Positions 20,801 through 32,502 are shown, counted from the first letter of the stretch. The stretch is DNA of 64,000 nucleotides from Flavobacteriaceae bacterium (GCA_965250265.1 CBDFNO010000012.1:456582-520581); one strand, 5' to 3'. Translations and numbers: made by a program. Notes: generated by a model not told the origin, from the letters alone.

Positions 20801-21577
20801 TTATTCAAACTCAATTTTGTTAAGAATTAACCCGGAAGCTGGAGCAATATAATCCATAACTTCTGTGCTTTCTGGTTTTAAACTATTTTCAATGTACTGC
20901 AATGAGAGATCTCCTCTGCCTAATTTAATGAGCGCTCCCATCATTAATCTAATTTGATTACGAGCAAATCCTTTTCCTCTAACTCTTAATATATAGGTCT
21001 TGTCAGGAAAAAAATTAGCTGTAAATAATTTGTTTTCTATAAGCTCGCAAGTCATTATTTCTCTGTTATAAATACCATTTTCAGTAGCTCTAAAACAGTA
21101 GGTTTTAAAATTATGGCTGCCTTGAAATAGCCTTGCGCCTCGCTTCATTATGGAAATATCAAGCTCTTCTAGAATGGTTGTCATTATTGGAGCACAAAAC
21201 GGATGATTCTTTTGACCATGAGAAAATAGATATAGATATTCTTTTACTTTTGAATGTTGAATAATATTAAACTCTTTATCAACTTCCTTAATCGATAAAG
21301 CTTTAATGTCCTGCGGCAAATTATGATTAAACAATGCTAAAAATGCTTCTAAATCTTCAATAGGTTTTTGCAAAAACAATTCGAAAGCAGCTTCCTGTGC
21401 AGAAACCATTGCATCGGTTCGACCAGCACCCAAGGATTTAAATTTTTGATCTTCTAAAATAAATTTTAATGTTCTGTCTATCATTAAATGAATCGTTTTT
21501 ACATTGGGTTGTTTTTGCCAACCATGAAATCGATACCCTAAAAACTGAACACTTACAACGTAATAATATTTTTGCAA
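20801..21577 (-). CDS. truA: tRNA pseudouridine synthase A-like
   Basis: 258 aa. The pattern Y.G..FHGWQKQ...GAGRTDAMVSA includes the catalytic Asp motif. Confidence 0.8.
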   Translation of the reverse strand: MQKYYYVVSVQFLGYRFHGWQKQPNVKTIHLMIDRTLKFILEDQKFKSLGAGRTDAMVSAQEAAFELFLQKPIEDLEAFLALFNHNLPQDIKALSIKEVDKEFNIIQHSKVKEYLYLFSHGQKNHPFCAPIMTTILEELDISIMKRGARLFQGSHNFKTYCFRATENGIYNREIMTCELIENKLFTANFFPDKTYILRVRGKGFARNQIRLMMGALIKLGRGDLSLQYIENSLKPESTEVMDYIAPASGLILNKIEFE

Positions 21578-21619
21578 TACACTATAATTTAAATGACTCT
21601 AAAAATAATGATTTTACTA

Positions 21620-22210
21620 TTAATGTCTTTGCTTGAGTATGTTTACAACATCACCTAACTGAAAACCTTTAGCTTGTAATAAAATTAAATAGTGAAATAA
21701 TAGATCGGCACTTTCATTTAAAAACAATTCTTCGTTATTATCTTTAGCCTCAATAACAACCTCAATAGCCTCCTCTCCTACTTTTTGTGCAATCTTATTA
21801 ATGCCCTTATTAAATAATGAAGCAACGTACGATGTATCATCTGTTTCATTTTCTTTACGGTCTTTAATTACAGTTTCCAGTTGTGACAAAAATCCAAATT
21901 CTTGTACGTTAGCTTCTTTCCAACAAGTGTCTGTTCCTTTATGGCATGTTGGTCCTTCTGGTTTTACTCTTATGAGCAAGGTGTCGTCATCACAATCATT
22001 TTTAATATCAATTAGGTTTAAATAATTACCGCTCTTCTCTCCTTTTGTCCATAAGCGTTGTTTACTTCTACTATAAAAAGTTACTTTTTTTGTGGTTTTT
22101 GTTTTTTCTAAAGCTTCTTCATTCATATAGCCTAACATTAAAACTGTTTTGGTTTCAGCATCTTGAATGATTGCTGGTACGAGACCTTCTTTATTATATT
22201 TAATTTTCAT
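21620..22210 (-). CDS. hisIE: Bifunctional phosphoribosyl-AMP cyclohydrolase / phosphoribosyl-ATP pyrophosphatase
   Basis: 196 aa. GLVPAIIQD...CHKGTDTCW marks HisI, followed by a HisE helical domain. It is the last gene of the his operon. Confidence 0.9.
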   Translation of the reverse strand: MKIKYNKEGLVPAIIQDAETKTVLMLGYMNEEALEKTKTTKKVTFYSRSKQRLWTKGEKSGNYLNLIDIKNDCDDDTLLIRVKPEGPTCHKGTDTCWKEANVQEFGFLSQLETVIKDRKENETDDTSYVASLFNKGINKIAQKVGEEAIEVVIEAKDNNEELFLNESADLLFHYLILLQAKGFQLGDVVNILKQRH

Positions 22211-22965
22211 TATAATCTTATTTCTATATTATTATGTTTTAATTCTTGCTTTAAATCTGGAATTGTTATTTCTCCAAAATGAAACACACTGGCTGCCAGA
22301 GCTGCATCAGATTTTCCATACTTAAAAGTATCTACAAAATGTTGTATTGTTCCTGCTCCACCTGAAGCGATAATTGGAATATTCAGGTCTTCTGATAATC
22401 TAACCAAAGCATCATTTGCGAAACCATTCTTAGTGCCATCATTGTTCATAGAGGTAAACAAAATCTCTCCTGCTCCTCGCTGTTCTACTTCTTTTGCCCA
22501 ATCGAATAAATTTAGTTCAGCACGAAACTTTCCTCCTGAAACATATACTATCCACTCCTTTTTGATTTGCTTAGCATCAATAGCAACTGTAATGCATTGT
22601 CTCCCAAATTTATTAGATAGTTCATTTATTAAACTTGGACGTTCTACTGCCGAAGAGTTTATAGACACTTTATCGGCACCACACTTTAACAAGGCATCTA
22701 CATCTTCAATTGAGGAAATACCACCACCAACAGTAAATGGAATATTAACCTGCTCGGCAACGCGAAGCACCATATCTAACATCGTTTTACGTTGTTCTTC
22801 TGTAGCTGAAATATCTAAAAAAACCAATTCGTCTGCTCCCATTTTTGCATATTGTTTTGCTTGTTCTACAGGATCTCCAGCATCTATTAAATCTACAAAA
22901 TTAACTCCTTTTACTGTTCTTCCGCTTTTAACATCTAAACAAGGAATGATTCGCTTTGCTAACAT
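22210..22965 (-). CDS. hisF: Imidazole glycerol phosphate synthase cyclase subunit
   Basis: 251 aa, starting KRIIPCLDV and containing ADKVSINS and ASGGAG motifs. Confidence 0.95.
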   Translation of the reverse strand: MLAKRIIPCLDVKSGRTVKGVNFVDLIDAGDPVEQAKQYAKMGADELVFLDISATEEQRKTMLDMVLRVAEQVNIPFTVGGGISSIEDVDALLKCGADKVSINSSAVERPSLINELSNKFGRQCITVAIDAKQIKKEWIVYVSGGKFRAELNLFDWAKEVEQRGAGEILFTSMNNDGTKNGFANDALVRLSEDLNIPIIASGGAGTIQHFVDTFKYGKSDAALAASVFHFGEITIPDLKQELKHNNIEIRL

Positions 22966-22966
22966 A

Positions 22967-23710
22967 TTATTGTGTTAAAATATAGTTTTCTAATTCCTTT
23001 AGACTAATTCTATTTTCATAAATGGCTTTACCAATAATAGCACCCTCGCATCCTATTTCTCCAAGAGTGTTTAAATCTTCTATCGATGAGATACCTCCTG
23101 AAGCAATTAATTTAATAGATTGTGATTCACTACTGTTAGAGCACTCATTTATAATTTTTTTATATAATTTAAAAGAAGGTCCTTCGAGCATTCCATCTTT
23201 AGAGATATCTGTACAAATTACATATTGAATGCTTTTTCTTTGATAATCTTTAATAAACGGAATGACATCTTTATCACTCTCTACTTGCCAGCCATTAATG
23301 GCAATCTTTTCGTTATTACAATCTGCTCCCAAAATTATTTTTGTGCTTCCATATTTTGAAATCCATTTTTCGAAAGTTTTTGTGTCATTTACTGCTATAC
23401 TTCCACCAGTAATCTGTCTGGCTCCGGAATTAAAAGCAATTAATAAATCTTCATCGGCCTTTAATCCTCCTCCAAAATCAATTTTTAAATTGGTTTTAGA
23501 TGATAATATTTCTAGCACTTTATAATTAACTATATGCTTTGCATTTGCACCATCCAAATCTACAACGTGTAGATATTGAATTCCTGAAGCTTCAAATTGC
23601 TTTGCTACTTCTAGTGGGTTTTCACTATACACTTTTTTGGTTTTATAATCGCCTTTGGTTAAGCGAACGCATTTCCCATCTATAATATCTATTGCAGGTA
23701 TAATTCTCAT
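22967..23710 (-). CDS. hisA: ProFAR isomerase
   Basis: 247 aa, starting [17 protein letters not shown] and containing HVVDLDGA. Confidence 0.95.
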   Translation of the reverse strand: MRIIPAIDIIDGKCVRLTKGDYKTKKVYSENPLEVAKQFEASGIQYLHVVDLDGANAKHIVNYKVLEILSSKTNLKIDFGGGLKADEDLLIAFNSGARQITGGSIAVNDTKTFEKWISKYGSTKIILGADCNNEKIAINGWQVESDKDVIPFIKDYQRKSIQYVICTDISKDGMLEGPSFKLYKKIINECSNSSESQSIKLIASGGISSIEDLNTLGEIGCEGAIIGKAIYENRISLKELENYILTQ

Positions 23711-23714
23711 ATTA

Positions 23715-24296
23715 TTATAAGTTTATAAAATTTTGTAATATCTGAGCGCCAGCTGTGCTACTTTTTTCCGGGTGAAATTGTACACCATAAAAATTCTTAT
23801 GTTTTAATGCTGACGCATATTCAATATCATAATTAGTTATTGCTATTGCTTGGGTGCATTGTTTAGCATAATAGCCATGAACTAAATACATATATTCACT
23901 TTCTTTAATACCACGAAATAAATCAGATTTTAAATTACCTATTGTATTCCATCCAATTTGTGGCACTTTTACTTTATCAGAAAATCGTTTTACATCTACA
24001 TCAAAAACTCCTAATCCTTTTGTGTTTCTTTCTTCAGTTGAATTACAAAGTAATTGCATTCCTAGGCATATACCTAAAACAGGCTGCTTTAACGTTGGAA
24101 TAATTTTATCTAATTTGCTTTCACGAAGCATATGCATGGCACTACTTGCTTCGCCTACACCAGGAAAAATAATTTTATCTGCGTTTAAAATTTCCGAAGG
24201 CTTACTTGATAAAGCAGCATCAAGTCCTAAGCGTTTAAAAGCAAATTGTATGCTTTTAATATTTCCGGCTCCGTAATCTATTATTACTAACTTCAT
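23715..24296 (-). CDS. hisH: Imidazole glycerol phosphate synthase glutaminase subunit
   Basis: 193 aa with [15 protein letters not shown] (the catalytic Cys) and QFHPEKS. Confidence 0.95.
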   Translation of the reverse strand: MKLVIIDYGAGNIKSIQFAFKRLGLDAALSSKPSEILNADKIIFPGVGEASSAMHMLRESKLDKIIPTLKQPVLGICLGMQLLCNSTEERNTKGLGVFDVDVKRFSDKVKVPQIGWNTIGNLKSDLFRGIKESEYMYLVHGYYAKQCTQAIAITNYDIEYASALKHKNFYGVQFHPEKSSTAGAQILQNFINL

Positions 24297-25429
24297 TATA
24301 ACATTCCTTTTGTTGATGGTAAAATCATTTTTTCGACATCACGCTTCACAGACATTTTAATCGCCTTAGCTAAGGCTTTAAAAATAGCTTCTATTTTATG
24401 GTGCTCGTTTGTACCCTCTGCTTTAATATTCAGGTTACATTTTGCACCATCAGAAAATGATTTAAAGAAATGTAAGAACATTTCAGTAGGCATTTTGCCT
24501 ATCATTTCACGTTTAAAATCTGCTTCCCAAACCAACCAATTTCTTCCACCAAAATCGATTACTACTTGTGCAAGACAATCGTCCATTGGTAAACAGAAAC
24601 CGTAGCGTTCTATCCCTAATTTATGAGCCAGCACTTGATTGAATAATTCTCCTAAAGCAATAGCTGTATCTTCAATCGTATGGTGTTCATCTACTTCTAA
24701 ATCTCCTTCAACCTTAATATTCAAATCTAATTGTCCATGCCGCGCTAATTGGTCAAGCATATGATCGAAAAATGCAATTCCAGTATCTATATTACTTTTT
24801 CCTGTACCGTCAAGATTTAAATATATTTCGATTTTTGTTTCATTTGTATTACGAACTATATTACCTGTTCTGTCTTCAGTTTTTAAGAACATGTAAATTT
24901 CTTCCCAATTATTAGTTTCAAGAGCAATAAATGTATCTAATTCATTCCGCTTAACAGTAATCTCGTTAGTTCCCAAATTCGTATTGTCATTTATATAAAT
25001 TCCTTTTGCTCCAAGGTTTTTTGCAAGTTCAATATCTGTTAGCCTGTCTCCTATTACAAGAGATTTTTCTAAATCGTATTCTTCTGAAAAATATTTAGTC
25101 AATAAACCAGTATTTGGCTTGCGTGTTGGAGCATTGTCTTTTGCAAATGTTCTATCTATAAATTGCTCTTTAAATTCAACGCCTTCGTTTTTAAAAGCTT
25201 CAATTATAAAATTATGTACTGGCCAAAAAGTATCTTCTGGAAAAACTTCAGCTCCTAATCCATCCTGATTTGTAATCATAACGATTTCAAAATCTAATTC
25301 TTTCGCAATTTTACTTAAGGATTGAAATACTTTAGGATAAAATTTAAGTTTTTCAAAAGCATCAATCTGCTCGTCTAGTGTTTCTTTTATGATGGTTCCA
25401 TCTCGATCTATAAATAGTACTTTCTTCAT
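24296..25429 (-). CDS. hisB: Bifunctional histidinol-phosphatase / imidazoleglycerol-phosphate dehydratase
   Basis: It has the HAD motif FIDRDGT and the IGPD motifs ([16 protein letters not shown]). The ATG at 25429 forms an ATGA overlap with the hisC stop. The longer ORF-track start at 25498 is rejected. Confidence 0.93.
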   Translation of the reverse strand: MKKVLFIDRDGTIIKETLDEQIDAFEKLKFYPKVFQSLSKIAKELDFEIVMITNQDGLGAEVFPEDTFWPVHNFIIEAFKNEGVEFKEQFIDRTFAKDNAPTRKPNTGLLTKYFSEEYDLEKSLVIGDRLTDIELAKNLGAKGIYINDNTNLGTNEITVKRNELDTFIALETNNWEEIYMFLKTEDRTGNIVRNTNETKIEIYLNLDGTGKSNIDTGIAFFDHMLDQLARHGQLDLNIKVEGDLEVDEHHTIEDTAIALGELFNQVLAHKLGIERYGFCLPMDDCLAQVVIDFGGRNWLVWEADFKREMIGKMPTEMFLHFFKSFSDGAKCNLNIKAEGTNEHHKIEAIFKALAKAIKMSVKRDVEKMILPSTKGML

Positions 25430-26463
25430 TTTATATTTTTTAGTGCTTCTAATAATTCTTGATTTTCTTCTTGTGTACCAACAGTTATCCTGAGGCAATT
25501 GTCACAAAGTGGTTGGCTTGATCTGTTTCTAACAACTATATCCTTTTTAATTAGTTGCTTATAACGCTTATCTGCATTATCCACTTTTATTAGAATAAAA
25601 TTGGCATCCGTGGTGTATATTGTATTTATAAAATCAATAGTTTCAAGGTTTCCAATTAGTTTTTCTCTTTCTTCTAAAATTTTTTTAACCTGAGTATTTA
25701 CGACATTTGATACTGAAAGTTGTTTAATAGCTCTTTGCTGTGTTAATTCATTTATATTGTAAGGAGGTTTTATTCTATTTAAAACTGAAATAATTTCTGC
25801 CGATGCATAGCAAATTCCAAGTCGGATTCCTGCAAGACCATAGGCTTTAGAAAGCGTTTGAGTAATTATCATGTTTGGAAACTTCTCAAGCTTTTTCAGC
25901 CAACCTTTTTGCATAGAAAAATCAATATATGCTTCATCTATAACAATAATGCCATTAAACAGATTAAGCAATTTTTGAACTTTATCCAGATTAAAACCAT
26001 TGCCAGTTGGATTATTAGGAGTACAGAGGAATAATATTTTAGTATTATTATTCGTAGCTTCTAATATTTGTTGAACACAAGGTTGAAAATTATTATCCAA
26101 TTCTACTTCAATAACTTCGACCGCATTGATATTAGCAAGCACTTTATACATGCCATAAGTTGGTGGTAAAATGATAACACTATCTTGATTTGGTTCGCAG
26201 AACGTTCTAAAAATAAGATCTAGAACTTCATCACTTCCGTTACCCAAAAGAATATTTTTTACAGAAACACCTTTAATTTCTGACAGCAATGCTTTCAACT
26301 TACTTTGCTGTGGATCCGGATAACGATTCAAACCATTTTCGAAAGGGTTCTCGTTAGCGTCCAAAAACACTAAATCGGTGTCAGTGTTTTTAAACTCATC
26401 TCTTGCAGACGAATAAGGTTTCAATGCTTTAATATTTGGTCGTATTAGATCTTGAATTCTCAT
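25426..26463 (-). CDS. hisC: Histidinol-phosphate aminotransferase
   Basis: 345 aa, class-II aminotransferase pattern ([21 protein letters not shown]). Confidence 0.93.
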   Translation of the reverse strand: MRIQDLIRPNIKALKPYSSARDEFKNTDTDLVFLDANENPFENGLNRYPDPQQSKLKALLSEIKGVSVKNILLGNGSDEVLDLIFRTFCEPNQDSVIILPPTYGMYKVLANINAVEVIEVELDNNFQPCVQQILEATNNNTKILFLCTPNNPTGNGFNLDKVQKLLNLFNGIIVIDEAYIDFSMQKGWLKKLEKFPNMIITQTLSKAYGLAGIRLGICYASAEIISVLNRIKPPYNINELTQQRAIKQLSVSNVVNTQVKKILEEREKLIGNLETIDFINTIYTTDANFILIKVDNADKRYKQLIKKDIVVRNRSSQPLCDNCLRITVGTQEENQELLEALKNIK

Positions 26464-27746
26464 TGTTTCAATTCATTTAGTCTGATTGTTACTGAATTTT
26501 TATGTGCTAGTAAGCCTTCGGCTTCCGCCATTATTTCTATAGTGTTTCCAATATTTTGAAGACCTTCTTTTGATATTTTTTGAAATGTTATAATCTTTAA
26601 AAAGCTATCTAAGTTTACACCAGAATATGCTTTTGAAAACCCATTTGTAGGTAATGTGTGGTTTGTACCTGAAGCATAATCACCAGCGCTTTCGGGAGTG
26701 AAATTTCCAATAAATACGGAACCTGCATTAATAATTCCTTCGACAAAAAAATCTTCATTTTTTGTGCAAATAATAAAATGTTCAGGAGCATATTTGTTGA
26801 TTAAATCAAGGGCAATTTCGTCACCATCTACATAAATAAGCTTAGAATTATCTATTACCTTTTTAGCAATGTCATATCGAGGAAGTGCTGTTATTTGCTT
26901 ATTTACTTCTGCATAAACCAAATCAATCAATTCTTTGGATGTTGATACCAAAATCACTTGGCTATCTATTCCGTGTTCGGCCTGACTTAATAGATCTGAA
27001 GCCACATAGGCTGCACTTGCTGTATTGTCTGCCATGATAAGTAGTTCACTCGGTCCAGCAGGCATATCAATGGCAACTCCATACTTAGTCGCAAATTGCT
27101 TTGCAATGGTAACATACTGATTTCCGGGACCGAAAATTTTGTAAACCTTTGGGATGGTTTCAGTTCCAAAAGTTAACCCTGCAATAGCTTGAATACCACC
27201 AACTTTAACTATCTTGGTAATTCCACAAAGTTGAGCTGCGTATAGAATTTCATTCGCTACTTTTCCTTCTTTATTAGGTGGTGTACATAATACAATTTCT
27301 TTGCAGCCTGCAATTTGTGCTGGAACAGTTAGCATTAATACCGTTGAAAATAAAGGTGCTGTTCCGCCAGGAATGTATAAACCAATTTTCTCGATTGCTC
27401 TTTTTTCTTGCCAGCATATAACATCTTTAGTTGTTTCAATTTTTTTTGATGCCGTTTGTTGTGCTCTATGGAATATTTCAATATTGCATTTAGCAACTAT
27501 AATGGCATTCTGTAGGTCTAATGGAACTGCTTTTACAGCATTCTCTATTTCATCAGTTGTCACAAAATTGGACTCAAATTCTACACCATCAAAAAGAGAT
27601 GTGTATTTATTAATTGCTACATCACCTTTTTTATAAACTTCATTGAATATCTGATTCACTGTTTCTTCAATATCGTTTACAGATTGTGTTGGACGCTGCA
27701 ATAGCTCTGTCCAGTCTTCTTGTTTTGGGCTTTCAATTATTCTCAT
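26460..27746 (-). CDS. hisD: Histidinol dehydrogenase
   Basis: 428 aa with LSQAEHG and the [13 protein letters not shown] motif. Confidence 0.95.
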   Translation of the reverse strand: MRIIESPKQEDWTELLQRPTQSVNDIEETVNQIFNEVYKKGDVAINKYTSLFDGVEFESNFVTTDEIENAVKAVPLDLQNAIIVAKCNIEIFHRAQQTASKKIETTKDVICWQEKRAIEKIGLYIPGGTAPLFSTVLMLTVPAQIAGCKEIVLCTPPNKEGKVANEILYAAQLCGITKIVKVGGIQAIAGLTFGTETIPKVYKIFGPGNQYVTIAKQFATKYGVAIDMPAGPSELLIMADNTASAAYVASDLLSQAEHGIDSQVILVSTSKELIDLVYAEVNKQITALPRYDIAKKVIDNSKLIYVDGDEIALDLINKYAPEHFIICTKNEDFFVEGIINAGSVFIGNFTPESAGDYASGTNHTLPTNGFSKAYSGVNLDSFLKIITFQKISKEGLQNIGNTIEIMAEAEGLLAHKNSVTIRLNELKQ

Positions 27747-28600
27747 AGTACCATCTTTTCAATTGGACACACTAAAATTCCTTGAGCTCCATTAAGTTTT
27801 AATTCGTCAATGATTTCCCAAAATTCATTTTTATTTAATACTGAATGCACAGAACTCCAACCTTCTTTAAACAATGGCAAAACCGTTGGGCTCTTCATTC
27901 CAGGAAGGATATTAATTATATCCTGTAACTTTTCATTTGGAGCATTTAGTAATATATATTTTGATTGCCTTCCTTGTAATACAGATTGTATTCTAAATTG
28001 TAGTTTATTTAAAATTTGTTGTTTTTCATCATTAATTAAAGGAGATAAGGCCAAAACTGCTTCAGATTCAAACAAGATTTCTACTTCCTTCAAATTGTTT
28101 TTAAACAGTGTGCTTCCGCTTGAAACAATATCGCAAATGGCATCAGCCAGGCCAATATTGGGCGCGATTTCTACAGAACCGCTAATTATATGAAGATCTA
28201 ATTCTATTCCATTCCTTTCAAAATATTGCTTTACAGTATTAGGATAAGACGTTGCAATACGCTTTCTGTTTAAATCACTAAAGGTATTGTAAGGTGAGGA
28301 TTTTGGAATAGCAATTGATACTCTGCATTTTGAAAATCCTAATTTTTCTACAATAGTAATATCATTCCCCTTTTCGATTAGGACATTTTCGCCAATTATG
28401 GCTACGTCTACCACACCATCTCTAAGATATTGAGGAATATCTTCATTTCTTAAATAAAAAACTTCTAAGGGGAAGTTTCTGGCAGATGCTTTAAGCTGAT
28501 CTTTTCCATTATCGATAGAAATCCCAACATCTTTTAGGATTTTCATAGAATCATGGTGTAAGCGACCAGACTTTTGAACTGCTATTTTTAATTTACTCAT
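27743..28600 (-). CDS. hisG: ATP phosphoribosyltransferase
   Basis: The ATG at 28600 gives MSKLKIAVQKSGRL, the canonical HisG N-terminus. The ORF-track extension to 28681 would run through a terminator hairpin. Confidence 0.93.
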   Translation of the reverse strand: MSKLKIAVQKSGRLHHDSMKILKDVGISIDNGKDQLKASARNFPLEVFYLRNEDIPQYLRDGVVDVAIIGENVLIEKGNDITIVEKLGFSKCRVSIAIPKSSPYNTFSDLNRKRIATSYPNTVKQYFERNGIELDLHIISGSVEIAPNIGLADAICDIVSSGSTLFKNNLKEVEILFESEAVLALSPLINDEKQQILNKLQFRIQSVLQGRQSKYILLNAPNEKLQDIINILPGMKSPTVLPLFKEGWSSVHSVLNKNEFWEIIDELKLNGAQGILVCPIEKMVL

Positions 28601-28776
28601 TTTGTTTATTATATGTTTGAGTAAATCTTTAGGAGAGATTCTCATTTGTATGAGAATAAAAAACCCGCTTGATTTACTCAAACGGGTTTAAATATATCTT
28701 GATTTTATTCAGTACATTTTCAGCCTACTTGAGTGTAAGTATAAAAATGGCGATGATGTAATTGAATAAAATTCAT
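28591..28776 (-). promoter_or_regulatory. Candidate his-operon leader: 18-codon His-containing leader ORF, intrinsic terminator and start-codon-masking repeats
   Basis: The leader ORF 28776-28720 encodes MNFIQLHHRHFYTYTQVG. A terminator sits at 28689-28655 (11-bp stem AAACCCGUUUG/CAAGCGGGUUU, then a U6 tract). GTTTGAGTAAATC (28615-28627) is the exact reverse complement of 28671-28683. ATTTACTCA recurs at 28591-28599, across the hisG start codon. Confidence 0.5.
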
Positions 28777-28882
28777 TTTTGTTTTTTGTCTGCACAAAGA
28801 TTGGGAATTAAAATTTACAATTCCAAATGTTTTATGTCTATTTTTAAATAATTGAAGATTTCATAATTTTAGATATCTAAAT

Positions 28883-29698
28883 TTAATTATTTCCTAATAT
28901 GATAGGCATTCCACTATCACCAGATCCAATAACAACAACTTTACTATTTGGTGATTCTGCTAATTTAAGCGTAGCTTCTATTCCCTTATCTTGAAGAATC
29001 TTGTCTGTAAGTGACGCACTTAAAATACGGTTAGCATCAGCTTTACCTTGTGCTTCAATAATTACTTTTTCAGCTTCTTTTGCAGCAGTAACTAATCTAA
29101 ACTCATATTCCAAAGATTCTTGCTCTTGTTTCAATTTACGCTCAATAGCATCTTTAATAGTATTTGGTAGAGTAACATCTCTAACTAAAATTTCATTTAA
29201 TTGAACAAATTGACTTTCTACAATTTTTTTGGTTTCAATAAAAATTTCTTCTTGTATAGCGTCTCGTTTACTAGAATATAATTGTTCTGGTGTATAACGT
29301 CCCACTACACTTCTTGCAGCACTACGAATAGCTGGTTGTAACACTCTTGACACATAACTTTGCCCTTTTTCTTGATGCAGCTTGCCTATATTTGCATAAT
29401 CTGGTTGAAACCATGCTGAAGCTTCTAGCTTAATTTCCAATCCGTTAGAAGACAGTACTTGCATGTTCTCAAAAATTTCTTGCTGTCTTACTTCATAAAC
29501 AAATACTTTGTTCCAAGGTGCTACTAAATGAAACCCTTCACCTAATGCTGGTTCGTCAGTTACGACACCACCACCAAAGGTTTTGTACAATACTCCTGCT
29601 TCTCCCGAATCAATTGTAATTGCCGACTTAGAAATTAATACAATTACGATTATAACAAATATTATAACCGGCAATGCGATTTTTGGTAATTTTTCCAT
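28883..29698 (-). CDS. SPFH/band-7 (prohibitin-like) membrane protein
   Basis: 271 aa with an N-terminal TM helix followed by an SPFH domain and a coiled-coil tail. Confidence 0.85.
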   Translation of the reverse strand: MEKLPKIALPVIIFVIIVIVLISKSAITIDSGEAGVLYKTFGGGVVTDEPALGEGFHLVAPWNKVFVYEVRQQEIFENMQVLSSNGLEIKLEASAWFQPDYANIGKLHQEKGQSYVSRVLQPAIRSAARSVVGRYTPEQLYSSKRDAIQEEIFIETKKIVESQFVQLNEILVRDVTLPNTIKDAIERKLKQEQESLEYEFRLVTAAKEAEKVIIEAQGKADANRILSASLTDKILQDKGIEATLKLAESPNSKVVVIGSGDSGMPIILGNN

Positions 29699-29719
29699 TA
29701 TTATTTTTATTTATTTTGA

Positions 29720-31753
29720 TTAAATGAGTCCATTATATTTTCTTAAAAACCACTCCATCGCTAGACTCAATGCTATAAGTGATAATAGGTATTTAAAATC
29801 GATCAAAGGTACGATATTTTTACTACTCTTTTGTACTGTAGCAAATCTAGAATCTGCTATTAAATCATTAATAAGTGAATTGGGATTGGCAATAAAATAA
29901 CTTACACCTTTACTATTAGTAGCCACTTGTTGCAACTTTGTTACATTAGCATTCAAAAATTGTTGTTCTACATTATAATCTAAAATTTTTAAATGCCCCG
30001 ATTGACTAACTTCTCCGCTATTTGCACTAACAGTAAAATCGTATTCTGAAGGCAAAAAATCACTCAAATTTACTTCATAAGAATTATTTTTTAGAATAAA
30101 TGGCAAGATAGTAATGCTGCCAGAGTCAACATTTTTTAATGTTATGCTTAGCGTTGCTTTATTATCGAATTCATAATTTCTATTAAAAAACTGTCCAGAA
30201 ATTTTTATATCTCCAATACCATTATAAAACGACTCGTAAATTAAATTTAAACGGCTTCTCTTTTTATTTGAAGCCAAATACTGTACAAGTTTACCAATAA
30301 AGTTATCGAATTGTTGAAACGATTTTTTATTTAAATAGCTTTGTGCTCTCCATTTCCAAATATTTTCGCCTAATAAAAGTGCTTCTCTCGTATTGTTGTT
30401 TTCGAAAGTTACCAATAAGGGTTGTTGGTCTACCGAATCATTAAATACACGTTTGTACAATATAGTTTCGATAGGTGTATTAAATGCTACGCTACCAAAC
30501 TCGGTTTGCAATGGTGGAAAGGAATTAAAACTCAAATCATCAATAATAAATGTAGAATAATTAGAATTGACAGATGGTTGAAAGTCTTCCGTTTGCAGTG
30601 TAATCTCTTGAGAATAATTATTTTGAATCCCATTTAAAAATGACCATTGTGTTTGTGTGCCAGTTATTACAAAAGTATTGTCACCAGCTTTTTCAATTGC
30701 ATCAAAAACCGCTTTAAATTTATTATTCGGTTGATATAAAATTGTGAGTTGAAAGTTATCTTTTCTATCTAAAAAAGCATTCGGCTTTAAAATAGAAACG
30801 CTGCGTTGCTCGTTACTTTCAATAGCTTTCTTAAGGGCTCCCAAATCTGGGTGTAGGATATCACTAACAATAGCGACATTCATTTTTTCATCTATAATTT
30901 CGACAGCAAACGGCTTTACGTTATTAACCTTGTTTTGCTCTGTTTCTAAAGGAATAATCGTAGCATAGAAAGTATTTACTCCTACTCTATTTGCAGGTAG
31001 CGTTAGGTTAATAATATGAGAGTTTTGTGTTTTAGAAAAATTTAAATTTTTCTTGAACACTGTAGAATTTCCAGATGTGATAATTAATTGTGAGTTTACA
31101 TTTTGTGAACCATTATAGACTGCAATAATTTCTACTGGAAATTTATTTTTTAAATATGCATATTTATTTACATTTAACTGCTGAATTTTTAAATCGGAAT
31201 ATCTAATAGTATCTCCCAGAATTACAGAAAATATTGGTTGTTTGTATTTTTGTGAAGTAAACTCATAATCATTACCAAAAGTTTGATTGCCATCAGTTAT
31301 TAACACCATTGGAGCGACTGTAGTATTATATACTTGAGATAGATTGTCAAAAGCATTTGCAATATTACTTTGTGTTTTATCAAAGTTTAATGAATCTAAT
31401 GGTTCCAAATCTTTCCCAAATGTGTAATACTCCACATTAAAATTTTCATTTAAAGAGTTATCTTGTTTTAAATTATCAAGTAGTTGTTCTACATTTTTAG
31501 TATGCTTTAAATGTTTTATAGATTCTGAATTATCTATAGCAACTATAAGGTTTGGTTTTTCGCTATGGAATTTTGTTTGTTCAAATTTTGGATTTATAAT
31601 TAATAGCAAAACGGAAAATAATGTAACGAACCTTAAAAAGGCAAATAATTTATTTAAGTTACTTTTTTTAGATTTATATAAATATTGAAACAGCGCTAAT
31701 AAAAGCGCTGCAATTCCAGCAATAATAATATATATAACCGTCTCCGTTGTCAT
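29720..31753 (-). CDS. Membrane-anchored protein with a vWA-like N-terminal region
   Basis: The ATG at 31753 gives MTTETVIYIIIAGIAALLLALF (TM helix). IVAIDNSESI resembles a MIDAS DxSxS motif, and there is a C-terminal TM helix. The ORF-track N-terminal extension overlaps fabG and is rejected. Confidence 0.55.
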   Translation of the reverse strand: MTTETVIYIIIAGIAALLLALFQYLYKSKKSNLNKLFAFLRFVTLFSVLLLIINPKFEQTKFHSEKPNLIVAIDNSESIKHLKHTKNVEQLLDNLKQDNSLNENFNVEYYTFGKDLEPLDSLNFDKTQSNIANAFDNLSQVYNTTVAPMVLITDGNQTFGNDYEFTSQKYKQPIFSVILGDTIRYSDLKIQQLNVNKYAYLKNKFPVEIIAVYNGSQNVNSQLIITSGNSTVFKKNLNFSKTQNSHIINLTLPANRVGVNTFYATIIPLETEQNKVNNVKPFAVEIIDEKMNVAIVSDILHPDLGALKKAIESNEQRSVSILKPNAFLDRKDNFQLTILYQPNNKFKAVFDAIEKAGDNTFVITGTQTQWSFLNGIQNNYSQEITLQTEDFQPSVNSNYSTFIIDDLSFNSFPPLQTEFGSVAFNTPIETILYKRVFNDSVDQQPLLVTFENNNTREALLLGENIWKWRAQSYLNKKSFQQFDNFIGKLVQYLASNKKRSRLNLIYESFYNGIGDIKISGQFFNRNYEFDNKATLSITLKNVDSGSITILPFILKNNSYEVNLSDFLPSEYDFTVSANSGEVSQSGHLKILDYNVEQQFLNANVTKLQQVATNSKGVSYFIANPNSLINDLIADSRFATVQKSSKNIVPLIDFKYLLSLIALSLAMEWFLRKYNGLI

Positions 31754-31755
31754 AT

Positions 31756-32502
31756 TTAGGTTAGCATTCCACCATCTACATTTAAAGTTTGTCCTGTAAT
31801 ATATGCCGACATATCGCTTGCTAAAAACACACATGCATTTGCAATATCTTCTGGAGTTCCTCCTCGTTTTAAAGGAATTGCTTTTCTCCAACCATCTACT
31901 ATAGTTTCATCAAGTTTAGAAGTCATTTCGGTTTCGATAAATCCTGGCGCAATCACATTACTTCTAATGTTCCTTGAACCCAATTCTAATGCAACAGATT
32001 TAGAAAACCCAATAATTCCAGCTTTTGAAGCTGCATAATTAGTTTGCCCAGCATTACCTTTTACACCTACAACAGAACTCATATTAATAATTGAGCCTTT
32101 CCTTTGTTTCATCATTGGGCGAATTACAGCTTTAGTCAAATTAAAAACCGATTTTAAATTCACTTCAATAACCTTATCAAAATCTTCTTCACTAATACGT
32201 ATCAATAGATTGTCTTTTGTAATTCCTGCATTATTAATAAGTACATCTATGCTACCGAACTCTTTTAAAACTTCAGCTGCTAAGTCCTGTGCCTGGTCAA
32301 AATCGACTGCATTACTTTGGTAGCCTTTAGCATTTACACCCAAAGCATTTAATTCTTTTTCTAATTCTTGAGCCGCTTCAACAGATGAGCTATATGTAAA
32401 CGCAACATTAGCTCCTTGTTCTGCAAAAACTTTGGCAATACCTCTACCAATTCCGCGACTTGCTCCTGTAATTATGGCTGTTTTCCCTTCTAATAATTTC
32501 AT
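31756..32502 (-). CDS. fabG: 3-oxoacyl-ACP reductase
   Basis: 248 aa SDR with TGASRGIG and the YAASKAG catalytic motif. Confidence 0.9.
   Translation of the reverse strand: MKLLEGKTAIITGASRGIGRGIAKVFAEQGANVAFTYSSSVEAAQELEKELNALGVNAKGYQSNAVDFDQAQDLAAEVLKEFGSIDVLINNAGITKDNLLIRISEEDFDKVIEVNLKSVFNLTKAVIRPMMKQRKGSIINMSSVVGVKGNAGQTNYAASKAGIIGFSKSVALELGSRNIRSNVIAPGFIETEMTSKLDETIVDGWRKAIPLKRGGTPEDIANACVFLASDMSAYITGQTLNVDGGMLT

Noticed and set aside
22433-22978. 181-aa plus-strand ORF, along with many similar 60-110-aa ORFs antisense to leu, his, lpx, sucD, parC and parE genes
   Set aside because: All lie entirely inside strongly recognisable genes on the opposite strand and show no motifs of their own. 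They are shadow ORFs.
25430-25498. N-terminal extension of hisB
   Set aside because: It overlaps the hisC C-terminus. The ATG at 25429 gives the HAD motif start and an ATGA overlap coupling with hisC.
28601-28681. N-terminal extension of hisG in the ORF track
   Set aside because: It would translate through an intrinsic terminator hairpin. The canonical HisG start MSKLKIAVQKSGRL is at 28600.
31754-31891. N-terminal extension of the 29720 ORF overlapping fabG by 136 nt
   Set aside because: The extension is Cys/Arg-rich and non-protein-like. The ATG at 31753 gives a normal TM-helix start right after the fabG stop.
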